From contig CAKUXM010000006.1 of the NCBI GenBank assembly GCA_934700335.1, positions 24,165-88,164 on the forward strand: DNA of 64,000 bases. The letters run 5' to 3'. The position numbers and the translations under genes were made by a program. The notes under the pieces are model-generated. The model had not been told where the DNA came from. It saw only the letters and a list, made by a program, of their open reading frames with translations, and ran no database searches. Positions 25,060 through 34,180 of this stretch are shown here, piece after piece. Numbering within the stretch: the stretch's first letter is position 1; each line of letters starts with the position of its first letter. Source of the DNA: an uncultured Candidatus Melainabacteria bacterium. GTDB lineage: Bacteria; Cyanobacteriota; Vampirovibrionia; Gastranaerophilales; Gastranaerophilaceae.

Positions 25060-25210
25060 AAGCAACACCTCCAATCCCGACGTAAGTATCGTCGTTTGAA
25101 AACTGTGCGGTGTCCACTTGTTATACAATTATTAATGTACAAAATTACGTATAATAATTATTATACATATTTTTGTTTGTAAAACATACTCTTATTATTG
25201 TATTTTTAAA

Positions 25211-25690
25211 TTAAAAATGTCTAATAACGCTTCTTTCAAGGGCTCTGACAATTTTTGTAGGAAGATTTTCGTTGTCATTGATTGAACCTACAAGGATTGT
25301 TTTTGTGCCGGCAAATTTACCTACAAGAATGTCTGTTAATGGTCTATCGCCAACCATTACAACCTCTTCTGGCTTCATCGCAATTAAGTGAATTAATTCT
25401 TTTACCTTTTTAGGGTTTGGTTTGTTTGCGCACTCGACAACTTTAAATGGGATAGCTTTTTTTGTTAGCTTTGTATATTCTGGATTTTTGTTATTAGTTA
25501 CGATTGCAATATAAAAATCTTTCTTTAATGTTTCAAACCATTTATAAGTTTCTGGTAAAAATTTACCAGATTTTGATACCATGATTGTACTGTCTAAATC
25601 TAAAAACACAGCCTTAACTCCCATGTCCATAAGCATTTTAGGAGTTATTTCATAGATATTTTTTAAATTATAATCTGGTTTAATTATCAT
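25211..25690 (-). CDS. yqeG: YqeG-family HAD-IIIA phosphatase
   Basis: DxD motif FLDLDSTIM and GDRPLTDILVG. The start is moved to ATG 25690 (MIIKPDYN...), which overlaps the stop of the upstream U32 gene by 11 nt. Confidence 0.8.
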   Translation of the reverse strand: MIIKPDYNLKNIYEITPKMLMDMGVKAVFLDLDSTIMVSKSGKFLPETYKWFETLKKDFYIAIVTNNKNPEYTKLTKKAIPFKVVECANKPNPKKVKELIHLIAMKPEEVVMVGDRPLTDILVGKFAGTKTILVGSINDNENLPTKIVRALERSVIRHF

Positions 25691-26927
25691 TATTTTTGAT
25701 TTCCTTTGTTCTTGCAAGAGCGTATTTATAATTTTTAGGTGCTCTTTCAAATTTTATATACAATTCGTCATTTGTGTTGGCAACATCAGTCTCTTCACCA
25801 GTTTTTTTACTGATAATTTGAGTTGCGCAAGTGAAATATTGTTCATCAGGAGTGATGATTTCAATTTCTTGACCTTTTAAAAACTTGTTTTTAGTTTTAA
25901 CTAAGTACAAGTCTTCACCTTCTTTTTTGTCCCAGAATTCGCATAAGAAATCTGCACCAGCTAAACCTTTAGAGATTTCATAGCTATAACTTTCTGAATT
26001 GTTATCACCAAGATAGAAACCTTGTGTATAACCTCTGTTTCCAACTTTTTTAAGTTCTTCAAAATATTTGTGCAAATCACAATTTGGGTTTTCAAAAACT
26101 TCATCAATAGCTGAACGATAAGCTTTTGTTACGGCTGAAACGTAGTACAAGCTTTTTGTTCTGCCTTCGATTTTTAGTGAATCTACACCTGCATCAATAA
26201 GTTCTCTTAAATATTCTACAAGACATAAATCTTTTGGGCTTAAAATATGTGTTCCTCTGTTGTCTTGATTGATTTCAAAATATTGTCCTGGACGAGTTTC
26301 TTCCAATAACTTGTAACTCCAACGGCATGGTTGAGCGCAATTTCCGTGATTAGCTTTTCTTTCCCCGTAAGTCATATAATCGCTCAACAGGCATCTTCCA
26401 GAAAATGACACGCACTGTGAGCCGTGAATAAAGACTTCTGTCTCAATGTCAGGAACTTTTTCTTTTATTTCTTTAACATCTTTTATAGGTAATTCTCTTG
26501 CTAGAATTACTCTTTCTGCGCCTAAATCTCTCCAGAATTTAACTGCCTCATAGTTTAAGATATTTGTTTGTGTGCTAACGTGAATTGGCACGTTTGGCAT
26601 GTATCTTCTTACAACGTTAAATACACCAAAGTCAGTTAAAATAATTGCATCTGGGTTGCTTTCAATAATTTTGTCCATCGCTTGTTCAAGAAGTTTAATA
26701 TCTTCGTTGAATGCGAAAATGTTTAATGTTAAATAAGCTTTAACATTATGCTGATGCGCAATATCAATAGCTTCTTTCAAATTTTCTAGGGTGATAAGTT
26801 CACCTTTTCTCATTGCACGTAAGCTAAAGTCTACAACACCTAAGTATACGGCATCTGCACCGTATTCAATTGCATATTTTAATTTTTCAATATTACCTGC
26901 CGGTAACAATAATTCTGGTTTCTTCAT
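25680..26927 (-). CDS. peptidase U32 family protein
   Basis: U32 signature EVFIHGSQCVSFSGRC. 415 aa. Confidence 0.9.
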   Translation of the reverse strand: MKKPELLLPAGNIEKLKYAIEYGADAVYLGVVDFSLRAMRKGELITLENLKEAIDIAHQHNVKAYLTLNIFAFNEDIKLLEQAMDKIIESNPDAIILTDFGVFNVVRRYMPNVPIHVSTQTNILNYEAVKFWRDLGAERVILARELPIKDVKEIKEKVPDIETEVFIHGSQCVSFSGRCLLSDYMTYGERKANHGNCAQPCRWSYKLLEETRPGQYFEINQDNRGTHILSPKDLCLVEYLRELIDAGVDSLKIEGRTKSLYYVSAVTKAYRSAIDEVFENPNCDLHKYFEELKKVGNRGYTQGFYLGDNNSESYSYEISKGLAGADFLCEFWDKKEGEDLYLVKTKNKFLKGQEIEIITPDEQYFTCATQIISKKTGEETDVANTNDELYIKFERAPKNYKYALARTKEIKNNDN

Positions 26928-26997
26928 ATTTTTATTTTAACTTAAAAGATTTTTTTAAACAATTATGTTAATATTATAAAAAAGGAGAATCCAACTT

Positions 26998-28512
26998 ATG
27001 TTATTAGAAATATTAAGCATGGCTATGATAAATCCAACTTTTGACAGTATGGAAAATTTAGATAGAATAGCTTATGAAAACAAGCATATTAAAACGGTAG
27101 AAGTTGTCAATGACAATTATTCCGGCGAATATTCTATCCCTTATAAAAGGGCAAATTTTGACAGCTTTTACTCTTCTCATAAATCTGAAATGGCAAAAGT
27201 TATTTCTGATTTTAATTCAAGAAAATTGAAAGATGAGCAATATTTGAAGTGGGCTAATTTGCCTCAAGAACAATTAAAAGGTCATCTGAATGAAATTTAT
27301 TCTCAAGCAAATAAATTAAAAATGAGAAAAGATAAAGTTAATAGACCCCTTGTAGTTTTAGGTATTGGCGGAAGTAAACATACGGCAGAATTTTTACTTA
27401 ATATGACAGGATTTAATGACAAAGATGTTTATTTCTATTCTGATATCGACCCATTAAGTTTTAATAATTTTATTAAAAATACAAAAGTTGGTATTCAAAA
27501 TTTGAACTTTTTAGTTGTTTCAAAATCTGGTAAAACTTTTGAAACTCAAGACTCATTTAAAAGATTTGAACAAGAATTAATAGATTATTATGTAGCAAAT
27601 GGTTATAGACCAAAAGATGCTAGAATTGAAACACAAAAACACTTTGCAATTTGTACAGACAAGTTTGCAAAAGAAGATAATCTAAAAGAACAAGTTAGAA
27701 ATAATCCGTACTATATTCAAAACTTATATATCCATGACGGAGTTGGTGGAAGATATTCAATGTTTGATGATGCAGGATTGTTTGTTCTTGCGTATGCTGG
27801 AGTTCCTTATGATTTTACTGCAAGAATTCTAAAATCTGCACAAAATGTTACTAACAAATATTGTGATGAAAATAATTTAGATACTAATATCGCAATGAAA
27901 AATGCTATGTTCAACATCTATTCAAGAAACAAAGGTCATAAAATTTTATATCAACAATATTTTGGTAGATTTTTTGAACAAGGTGGTGAAAATTGGGCAA
28001 AACAACTTTATCTTGAATCTTTAAAAGATTTTGATTTCGTAGCTTCAAAAGCACCTGATAGCATGCATTATGCAACAGAAGGTCTTTATAAACATGAAAA
28101 TAGAAAGAATTATTATGTTGTAATGACAAGAATAGACCCAAAAGTTTCTACAAATTATAATCACTACACTGTTGCAATTAAAGATACATATGCAGAAGAA
28201 AATCCTGTTGTTGTTGAAACTCTTGCTGTTGAAGGTGATTCAATTAAACCCGAAGCAATTGGTGAATATGTTCAATCAAAACATTTTGAAACAGTTTATA
28301 CAGGTTGTTTGAGAAGAGCTTTGAATAAACATTACAAAAATGATGTATATATTCAATATCCGGAAGTTATGCAATATAACGTTGAGTTGTATAAAAATAA
28401 ATTCAAAATAAAAAAAGAAGATATTAAAGATTTAGGCAAGTCTGACGTTAATAGAGTTCGCAAATTGCAAGATTACGAAAAATATAACGTAGAAGCTGGC
28501 AGAAGAGATTAA
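26998..28512 (+). CDS. pgi: glucose-6-phosphate isomerase
   Basis: Sugar-isomerase motifs LGIGGSKHT and VSKSGKTFET. 504 aa. The exact start is uncertain (several Met in the first 10 codons). Confidence 0.85.
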   Translation: MLLEILSMAMINPTFDSMENLDRIAYENKHIKTVEVVNDNYSGEYSIPYKRANFDSFYSSHKSEMAKVISDFNSRKLKDEQYLKWANLPQEQLKGHLNEIYSQANKLKMRKDKVNRPLVVLGIGGSKHTAEFLLNMTGFNDKDVYFYSDIDPLSFNNFIKNTKVGIQNLNFLVVSKSGKTFETQDSFKRFEQELIDYYVANGYRPKDARIETQKHFAICTDKFAKEDNLKEQVRNNPYYIQNLYIHDGVGGRYSMFDDAGLFVLAYAGVPYDFTARILKSAQNVTNKYCDENNLDTNIAMKNAMFNIYSRNKGHKILYQQYFGRFFEQGGENWAKQLYLESLKDFDFVASKAPDSMHYATEGLYKHENRKNYYVVMTRIDPKVSTNYNHYTVAIKDTYAEENPVVVETLAVEGDSIKPEAIGEYVQSKHFETVYTGCLRRALNKHYKNDVYIQYPEVMQYNVELYKNKFKIKKEDIKDLGKSDVNRVRKLQDYEKYNVEAGRRD

Positions 28513-28537
28513 ATTTTTAAATAAAATTAAATAATCT

Positions 28538-28575
28538 AAAAATAGAGTTGATAGTTGATATTAACTCTATTTTTT
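28538..28575 (+). terminator. rho-independent terminator after pgi
   Basis: Stem AAAAATAGAGTT / AACTCTATTTTT with a 13-nt loop. The T-run is part of and follows the 3' arm. Confidence 0.65.
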
Positions 28576-28667
28576 AGCTCGATTTACTCCAATAATATGA
28601 CTTGTAAAACTTTTTTCTTTGTTGTAAATTTAGGTTGTACTTATAAATACAACAAGGAGATTTTCAA

Positions 28668-29627
28668 ATGAGTGAAAGAAAATTAGTAGGAACAAACGAA
28701 ATGTTCAAAAAAGCATTAGCTGGCGGTTATGCTATTGGTGCTTACAATGTTAACAATATGGAAATTTTACAAGGTATTGCAGAAGCAGCAGAAGAAACTC
28801 GTTCACCAATCATTTTACAAGTTTCAGCTGGTGCAAGAAAATATGCAAACCAAACTTACTTAATTAAATTAGTAGAAGCAGCATTAGCTACAACTACAGT
28901 ACCTATCGCTTTACACTTAGATCACGGTGCTGATTTCGAAATTTGTAAAGCATGTATCGACGGTGGTTTCTCATCAGTTATGATTGATGGTTCAAGATTC
29001 CCATTTGACGAAAACGTTGCAGTAACTAAAAAAGTTGTTGAATATGCTCACGAAAGAGGAGTTTCAGTAGAAGCTGAACTTGGTAAATTAGCTGGTGTTG
29101 AAGATGACGTTAAAGTTTCTGACAAAGATGCTAAATATACAAACGTTAAAGAAGCAGTTGAATTCGTAAAACAAACTGGTTGTGATTCATTAGCAATCGC
29201 TATTGGTACTTCACACGGTGCTTACAAATTCAAAGGTGAAGCTAAATTAGACTTCGATAGATTAAAAGAAATTAAAGATGCTTTAGCTGAAGCTGGTTAC
29301 CCAGATTACCCAATCGTATTACACGGTTCTTCTTCAGTTCCAAAAGAATTCGTAGAAAAATGTAACAAATACGGTGGTAACTTACCAGATGCACAAGGTG
29401 TTCCAGAAGATATGTTAAACTATGCTTCTAAACACGGTGTAGCTAAAATTAACATAGATACAGACTTAAGATTAGCTATGACATCTACTATCAGAGAATT
29501 CTTCATTGAACACCCTGAAAAATTTGACCCACGTGAATACATGGGACCTGGTAGAACAGCTGTTAAAGAAATGGTTATGCACAAAATGAGAGATGTATTA
29601 GGTACAGCTGGACACGCTGATGACTAA
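28668..29627 (+). CDS. fba: class II fructose-bisphosphate aldolase
   Basis: Class II motifs (LHLDHG, GTSHGAYKF, VLHGSSSVP). 319 aa. Confidence 0.95.
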   Translation: MSERKLVGTNEMFKKALAGGYAIGAYNVNNMEILQGIAEAAEETRSPIILQVSAGARKYANQTYLIKLVEAALATTTVPIALHLDHGADFEICKACIDGGFSSVMIDGSRFPFDENVAVTKKVVEYAHERGVSVEAELGKLAGVEDDVKVSDKDAKYTNVKEAVEFVKQTGCDSLAIAIGTSHGAYKFKGEAKLDFDRLKEIKDALAEAGYPDYPIVLHGSSSVPKEFVEKCNKYGGNLPDAQGVPEDMLNYASKHGVAKINIDTDLRLAMTSTIREFFIEHPEKFDPREYMGPGRTAVKEMVMHKMRDVLGTAGHADD

Positions 29628-29654
29628 TAATTAATCTCAATAAGGTTAACTATA

Positions 29655-29686
29655 AAACAGAGAGTCAAAAGCTCTCTGTTTTTTTA
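29655..29686 (+). terminator. rho-independent terminator after fba
   Basis: Stem AAACAGAGAG / CTCTCTGTTT, 7-nt loop, long T-run. Confidence 0.8.
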
Positions 29687-29812
29687 TTTATTTTAATATT
29701 TCCTTGTAAAAAATTTTTGTTTAATATAAACTTATTCATGCAGAAGTTTTATGGCTATGGCTGCCATAATCTTTATAGAACATACAACCTTAAACATAGA
29801 AAGGAAATGAAA

Positions 29813-30022
29813 ATGCCAAAAATGAAAACACACAGATCAGGTGCTAAAAGATACAAAATTACTGCATCTGGTAAAATCGTAAGAAGACAAGCTGGTAAAG
29901 GGCACTTACTTGCAAACAAAGACGTAAGCCGTAAAAGAAGACTCTCTAAAATGGTAGAAATTTCAGAATCACAAGTGAAATTAGTATCAAAAGAGTTACC
30001 ATACAAGAAATATTCAAGATAG
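29813..30022 (+). CDS. rpmI: 50S ribosomal protein L35
   Basis: MPKMKTHRSGAKRYKITASGKIVRRQAGKGHLL is typical L35. The start is moved to the ATG after AAAGGAAA. The track ORF has a spurious 32-codon extension. Confidence 0.95.
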   Translation: MPKMKTHRSGAKRYKITASGKIVRRQAGKGHLLANKDVSRKRRLSKMVEISESQVKLVSKELPYKKYSR

Positions 30023-30034
30023 GAGAGTTAGAAA

Positions 30035-30385
30035 ATGAGAATTGTTAGAGGAAACGTTAGTCGTAAAAGACATAAAAAAATCTTAAAATTAGCTAAAGGC
30101 TTTATTGGTGCTAGAAGCAGAATCTTTAAAGTTGCAAATATCGCTGTTATGAAAGCTTTAAAATACGCTTACAGAGACAGACGTATGACAAAACGTAATA
30201 TGAGAAGATTATGGATTGTTAGAATTAACGCTGCTGTTAGAGAACAAGGTATGAGCTACTCTAGATTTGTTAATGCTTGCAAAAAAGCAGACATTTTAGT
30301 TAACAGAAAAATGTTAGCAGACCTAGCTGTTAATGATCCAGAAGCTTTTACAGTAGTTGTTGAAACTGCTAAAGCTGCTTTATAA
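30035..30385 (+). CDS. rplT: 50S ribosomal protein L20
   Basis: [23 protein letters not shown]... is typical L20. 116 aa. Confidence 0.97.
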   Translation: MRIVRGNVSRKRHKKILKLAKGFIGARSRIFKVANIAVMKALKYAYRDRRMTKRNMRRLWIVRINAAVREQGMSYSRFVNACKKADILVNRKMLADLAVNDPEAFTVVVETAKAAL

Positions 30386-30412
30386 TTATAATTTATAATT
30401 ATAGGAAGAATT

Positions 30413-30448
30413 AAAAAGAGTTGAATTATTAAATTCAACTCTTTTTTT
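30413..30448. terminator. bidirectional terminator between rplT (+) and the 417-aa gene (-)
   Basis: Stem AGAGTTGAATT / AATTCAACTCT flanked by AAAA and TTTTTT. Confidence 0.8.
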
Positions 30449-30478
30449 GCATTGTGTTTAATAAAAATTTTTTATTTA

Positions 30479-31732
30479 TTAGTTAGCATAGCTCATAAAT
30501 TCTACAATGAAGGAATCAATTATTTCTTTAACGGCAGTTTCTGTTATTTCATTGAATTCCATTTTTGTTTTTTTATTTTCTGGGCTATCTAGACCGTCAT
30601 GTAAGTAATAAACACTAATGAATGATGCGCCAGTATGTTCAAATTTTAATCTTGAAGTTTTTTCTTTCTTTGTTACAACTAAATTTAATTCTTTTTCGTT
30701 TTCTGTTATTTCGAAATTGATATTGTGCAATTTTCTTTTTGCTGCTTTTTTAGCGAATTCCAAAAGAGGTTTAATAACTGTAGAAGTTTTCTTTTCATAC
30801 AATTGTTTAAACAATTTAAGGTTATGAGAATTTTTATCGCCTTTTGCTTCTAACCAACGACCTTGGTTTTGTTCATCATCATCATTGATAGCAATAAAGT
30901 AATTTGGAGTTGTTAGAGCAACATTCAAACCATTTGTCATCAATATTTGTAATTGTTCTAATGATTTTTCTGCAACATCTGTAATGCAACCGCAAATTGT
31001 TTCTTCTGAACCGATTGTTTTGATAATTCTTGACCAAACAATCATTGCACCTGATAAATTAGTGTTTGTCAAAATTAAGAAATAAGTTTCTTCGTCATTC
31101 ATGATTACGATATCGGAACCACGGACATTGCCTTTTACAACTTCATCAAGTTTTTCTTTTGTAATTTTTATGCCAGCATCTTTATTGGCTCTGATTGCCA
31201 TTAATACTGCATCAAGGTGGTTTTCTGTCAAGTAACTAATTTCGTTAGCGAAAACTCTTTTTCCTTGTTTTGTTGTATAGAAACCTGTTTTCGGGTCTAA
31301 AATTTTTAATTGTTCAAGAAGTCTCATAGTTTTTTTATGAGTTTCTCTCATTTCATTTTTTTGCAAACTCCAAATTGTTCTCATAAGGATTTCGCTATGA
31401 CCATATTGAACTGTTACACAATCACTTATACCAGCTTGGTTTGCAAGTTTTACAAATTCTTCGTCATATTCTCTCAAAACTAAAATAATAGGAACTATTG
31501 TATGACGTTTCATCAATTTTATTGTTTCAAGACACTCTGCTTCTTCACCTCTATTTGAGCAAGTGATAATGATTGATTGAGGTCTTTCTTTGTCAATCGT
31601 GTCGCATGCATCTGCATATAATCTTATTAAAATGCAATCAATATTTCTTAAAAGAATTAATTGGTCTGATAATTGATTTACAATTTCGTCTTCATTTGTT
31701 ACGAATAATACGTTATTTCCTGAGTCTTGCAT
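30479..31732 (-). CDS. receiver-like / degenerate GGDEF-like signalling protein
   Basis: N-terminal CheY-like fold pattern, but IIITCS stands where the phospho-acceptor Asp block is expected. The central region begins DPKTGFY (GGDEF domains begin D-x-LTGL) and has NDEET where GG(D/E)EF is expected. The C-terminal ~130 aa are unassigned. Confidence 0.6.
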   Translation of the reverse strand: MQDSGNNVLFVTNEDEIVNQLSDQLILLRNIDCILIRLYADACDTIDKERPQSIIITCSNRGEEAECLETIKLMKRHTIVPIILVLREYDEEFVKLANQAGISDCVTVQYGHSEILMRTIWSLQKNEMRETHKKTMRLLEQLKILDPKTGFYTTKQGKRVFANEISYLTENHLDAVLMAIRANKDAGIKITKEKLDEVVKGNVRGSDIVIMNDEETYFLILTNTNLSGAMIVWSRIIKTIGSEETICGCITDVAEKSLEQLQILMTNGLNVALTTPNYFIAINDDDEQNQGRWLEAKGDKNSHNLKLFKQLYEKKTSTVIKPLLEFAKKAAKRKLHNINFEITENEKELNLVVTKKEKTSRLKFEHTGASFISVYYLHDGLDSPENKKTKMEFNEITETAVKEIIDSFIVEFMSYAN

Positions 31733-31744
31733 TTTTATCCTTTT

Positions 31745-32572
31745 CTATATTGAAAGTTTTTCGAATAGGCTGTCGGCTTGTTCGAAAATGTCGTCTCTAA
31801 ACATTTCGGCTCTGCCTATTGTTAAATCCATACCTAAAACTTTTGTGATTTCTGGATCAATGTTTTCATATTTATAATTATCTTGAACAAGAGTATCTAC
31901 AACGTTTACCAGTGAACATGCAACAGGCATTGATGAATCTTGTGGCGCATGGTGATATTTCATTACGTTAGAAATGATTACTGGTAGTTGCCATTTTTTT
32001 GCCAAAATGATACCAACTTGAGTGTGGTTACAACCAAATTCTTCTGTTTCAACGTCAATTGATTTTTCGCCAGCTTCAATTCTTTCTCTTGTTCTGTCGT
32101 AGAATTGAGGATCTTTTAAGTTGAAAATCATCTTTCCTACGTCGTGCATAAATCCTAATACGAAGGCTTCATCTGAGTTTAAAAGATTTTTGTGTTTAGC
32201 AAAGTGTTCGCAACCTACAGCAACACGTATTGAGTGTTTCCATAATTCTTTGTCGCTTTGTCTTGTAAACATTGGTCTCATTGCGATTGTGATGATTAAG
32301 TTTTTAGCCTTAACCATACCAATCAAAGCTAAAGCTCTGTTGATAGATGTAATTTGTTGTGAAAAGCCGTAATAAGCCGAGTTTACAAGTGTTAAAACTT
32401 TTGCACTTAAAGACTGGTCATAAGAAATTATGTTTGCCAAATCTTTAATACTTGCGTTTGGATTTTTTACAAGGTTAATTGCCTGCATTACTACGTTTGG
32501 CATTGCAGGAATTTCTCTTAAATCATTGATTAACTTTTGAATATCTTGTATTTCGGTAATTTTCTCAGCCAT
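31745..32572 (-). CDS. HDOD domain protein
   Basis: Typical HDOD layout: N-terminal LPAMPNVVMQAINLVKNPNASIKDLANIISYDQSLSAKVL and HD-like MHDVGK. 275 aa. Confidence 0.85.
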   Translation of the reverse strand: MAEKITEIQDIQKLINDLREIPAMPNVVMQAINLVKNPNASIKDLANIISYDQSLSAKVLTLVNSAYYGFSQQITSINRALALIGMVKAKNLIITIAMRPMFTRQSDKELWKHSIRVAVGCEHFAKHKNLLNSDEAFVLGFMHDVGKMIFNLKDPQFYDRTRERIEAGEKSIDVETEEFGCNHTQVGIILAKKWQLPVIISNVMKYHHAPQDSSMPVACSLVNVVDTLVQDNYKYENIDPEITKVLGMDLTIGRAEMFRDDIFEQADSLFEKLSI

Positions 32573-32601
32573 AGTTTTTCACCTTAAATTTTTATAGATT
32601 T

Positions 32602-33525
32602 TTAAACTTGTAAGTGTTTTTTGATTGATAAGAAGCTTCCGCCAGCTCCGAATAAAGTACCAACTAAGATAGTTGTTATGATAACTATCTTTTCTGCAAA
32701 TACAGGAACTGGAATTAGGAAGAATTGGTGTACGTTGTCTAACATTTGTTGAACAACGTTGACTGGTATTAAGGCTATTAATGCACCAAATAAACCATAT
32801 AATGCACCTTGCATAATCAATGGAATTTTAATATACCAGTTGTTTACACCCATTAATCGCATTATTTCAATTTCTTCTTTTCTAGATTGAATTACAAGTT
32901 GGATAGTGTTGTTAATGATTGTTATTGTTAATATAGCAACGATTATGATTACAAATACAGTTGTTGTATTTACTGCATTATTCAGAACTTGGATTTTCTT
33001 AGCCAAATCTTGTGCATAATTCATATTTTCAACAACAGTTAAAGACTTGATTTTATTAAATACTTCATTGATATTTTCAGGATTATCAACTTTTACGTGC
33101 AATGTATCAGGTAAAGGGTTATCTATATCTCCGATTTTAATTTCACGTTTAAAATCAGCCCAGCTTTTTTCTTTAGGAATAATTTGAACACCTTTTACAT
33201 GTTCAATTTCTTTTATTCTTTGACTTGTAACATTAGGGTCTGCATTAGATTTTAAATACACAGAAATTTCTAATACATTGCCAAGTTCCTTTGCAAAGGC
33301 TGAAACTGATAAAGTAGTTCTAAACAAAGACCCGAACAAAGTTAATATCGCAGCCATAGTCGTAATGATTACGATATTTATAAGCCCTGTTCTTTTGAAG
33401 TCGCTTAAAATTTCGCATGTCAAACGATAGACTATTCTTATTTCTGTAAGCCAGTCTTTTGGAATATGCTTTTTAACTTGTTTTTTTATAGCTTGTTTTC
33501 TATTGCGCATAAGTTCCTGCTTCAA
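32602..33525 (-). CDS. ftsX: cell division ABC transporter permease FtsX
   Basis: Four-TM FtsX-like topology with a large first extracytoplasmic loop. Directly downstream of ftsE. Confidence 0.85.
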   Translation of the reverse strand: MKQELMRNRKQAIKKQVKKHIPKDWLTEIRIVYRLTCEILSDFKRTGLINIVIITTMAAILTLFGSLFRTTLSVSAFAKELGNVLEISVYLKSNADPNVTSQRIKEIEHVKGVQIIPKEKSWADFKREIKIGDIDNPLPDTLHVKVDNPENINEVFNKIKSLTVVENMNYAQDLAKKIQVLNNAVNTTTVFVIIIVAILTITIINNTIQLVIQSRKEEIEIMRLMGVNNWYIKIPLIMQGALYGLFGALIALIPVNVVQQMLDNVHQFFLIPVPVFAEKIVIITTILVGTLFGAGGSFLSIKKHLQV

Positions 33526-34180
33526 TGTCTCTTACTACTTCACCGTTATCAAGAGTAATAACTCTTTTTCTAAAATAATCTACCATTGATTTATCGTGAG
33601 TAGAAATAATAACGGTTATACCTTTTTGGTTAATTTGATCCAAAATTTGCATAATTTCTAATGAATTTTTTGGGTCTAAGTTACCAGTAGGTTCGTCTGC
33701 AATTAAAAGTGGTGGACCGTTTACGATTGCTCTTGCAATACTTACACGTTGTTGTTCGCCACCTGAAAGTTCTGAAGGTTTTGCTTTCATTTTGTCAAGC
33801 AAGCCTACTACTTTTAATGCACCAGTTACACGAGCATTGATTTCTTTTGAACTTATTCCCATTGTTCTGATTACATATGCAATGTTGTCATAAACTGATT
33901 GATTTTGAAGCAGTTTATAGTCTTGGAAAACAATACCCATACATCTACGTAAGCTTGGAACTTTGTCGTTCGGTAGGTTTGCGATGTTGATACCACCGAT
34001 GATAACTGTACCAGAAGAAGGTAATTCTTCTCTGTAAAGAAGTTTCATCAATGTAGATTTACCTGCACCAGACTTACCTACTAGGAATACGAATTCCCCA
34101 GACGAAATGTCCAAATTTACGTTTTTAAGCGCATATTTGTTGTTTTTATATTTTTTTGTTACTGAGCGTAACTGTATCAT
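33500..34180 (-). CDS. ftsE: cell division ATP-binding protein FtsE
   Basis: Walker A GKSGAGKST, signature LSGGEQQR, Walker B LLIADEPT. 226 aa. Confidence 0.9.
   Translation of the reverse strand: MIQLRSVTKKYKNNKYALKNVNLDISSGEFVFLVGKSGAGKSTLMKLLYREELPSSGTVIIGGINIANLPNDKVPSLRRCMGIVFQDYKLLQNQSVYDNIAYVIRTMGISSKEINARVTGALKVVGLLDKMKAKPSELSGGEQQRVSIARAIVNGPPLLIADEPTGNLDPKNSLEIMQILDQINQKGITVIISTHDKSMVDYFRKRVITLDNGEVVRDIEAGTYAQ

Larger units (their letters stand above)
24901..25126. repeat. 226-bp cassette T2 delimited by perfect 13-bp terminal inverted repeats
   Basis: GTATAACAAGTGG at 24901-24913 and CCACTTGTTATAC at 25114-25126. Confidence 0.85.

Noticed and set aside
25149-25166. The 18-nt perfect palindrome GTATAATAATTATTATAC as a Fur/PerR-type box.
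   Set aside because: It is a pure AT palindrome in AT-rich DNA with only partial resemblance to 7-1-7 Fur-family boxes. It equally reads as two face-to-face TATAAT hexamers. It is kept only as a note within the cassette T2 finding.
29749-29769. Hairpin TTATGGC-N7-GCCATAA in the rpmI leader as an L20-binding autoregulatory structure.
   Set aside because: A single 7-bp stem is insufficient. The pseudoknot or irregular helix known from infC-rpmI-rplT leaders could not be traced, and infC is not upstream here.
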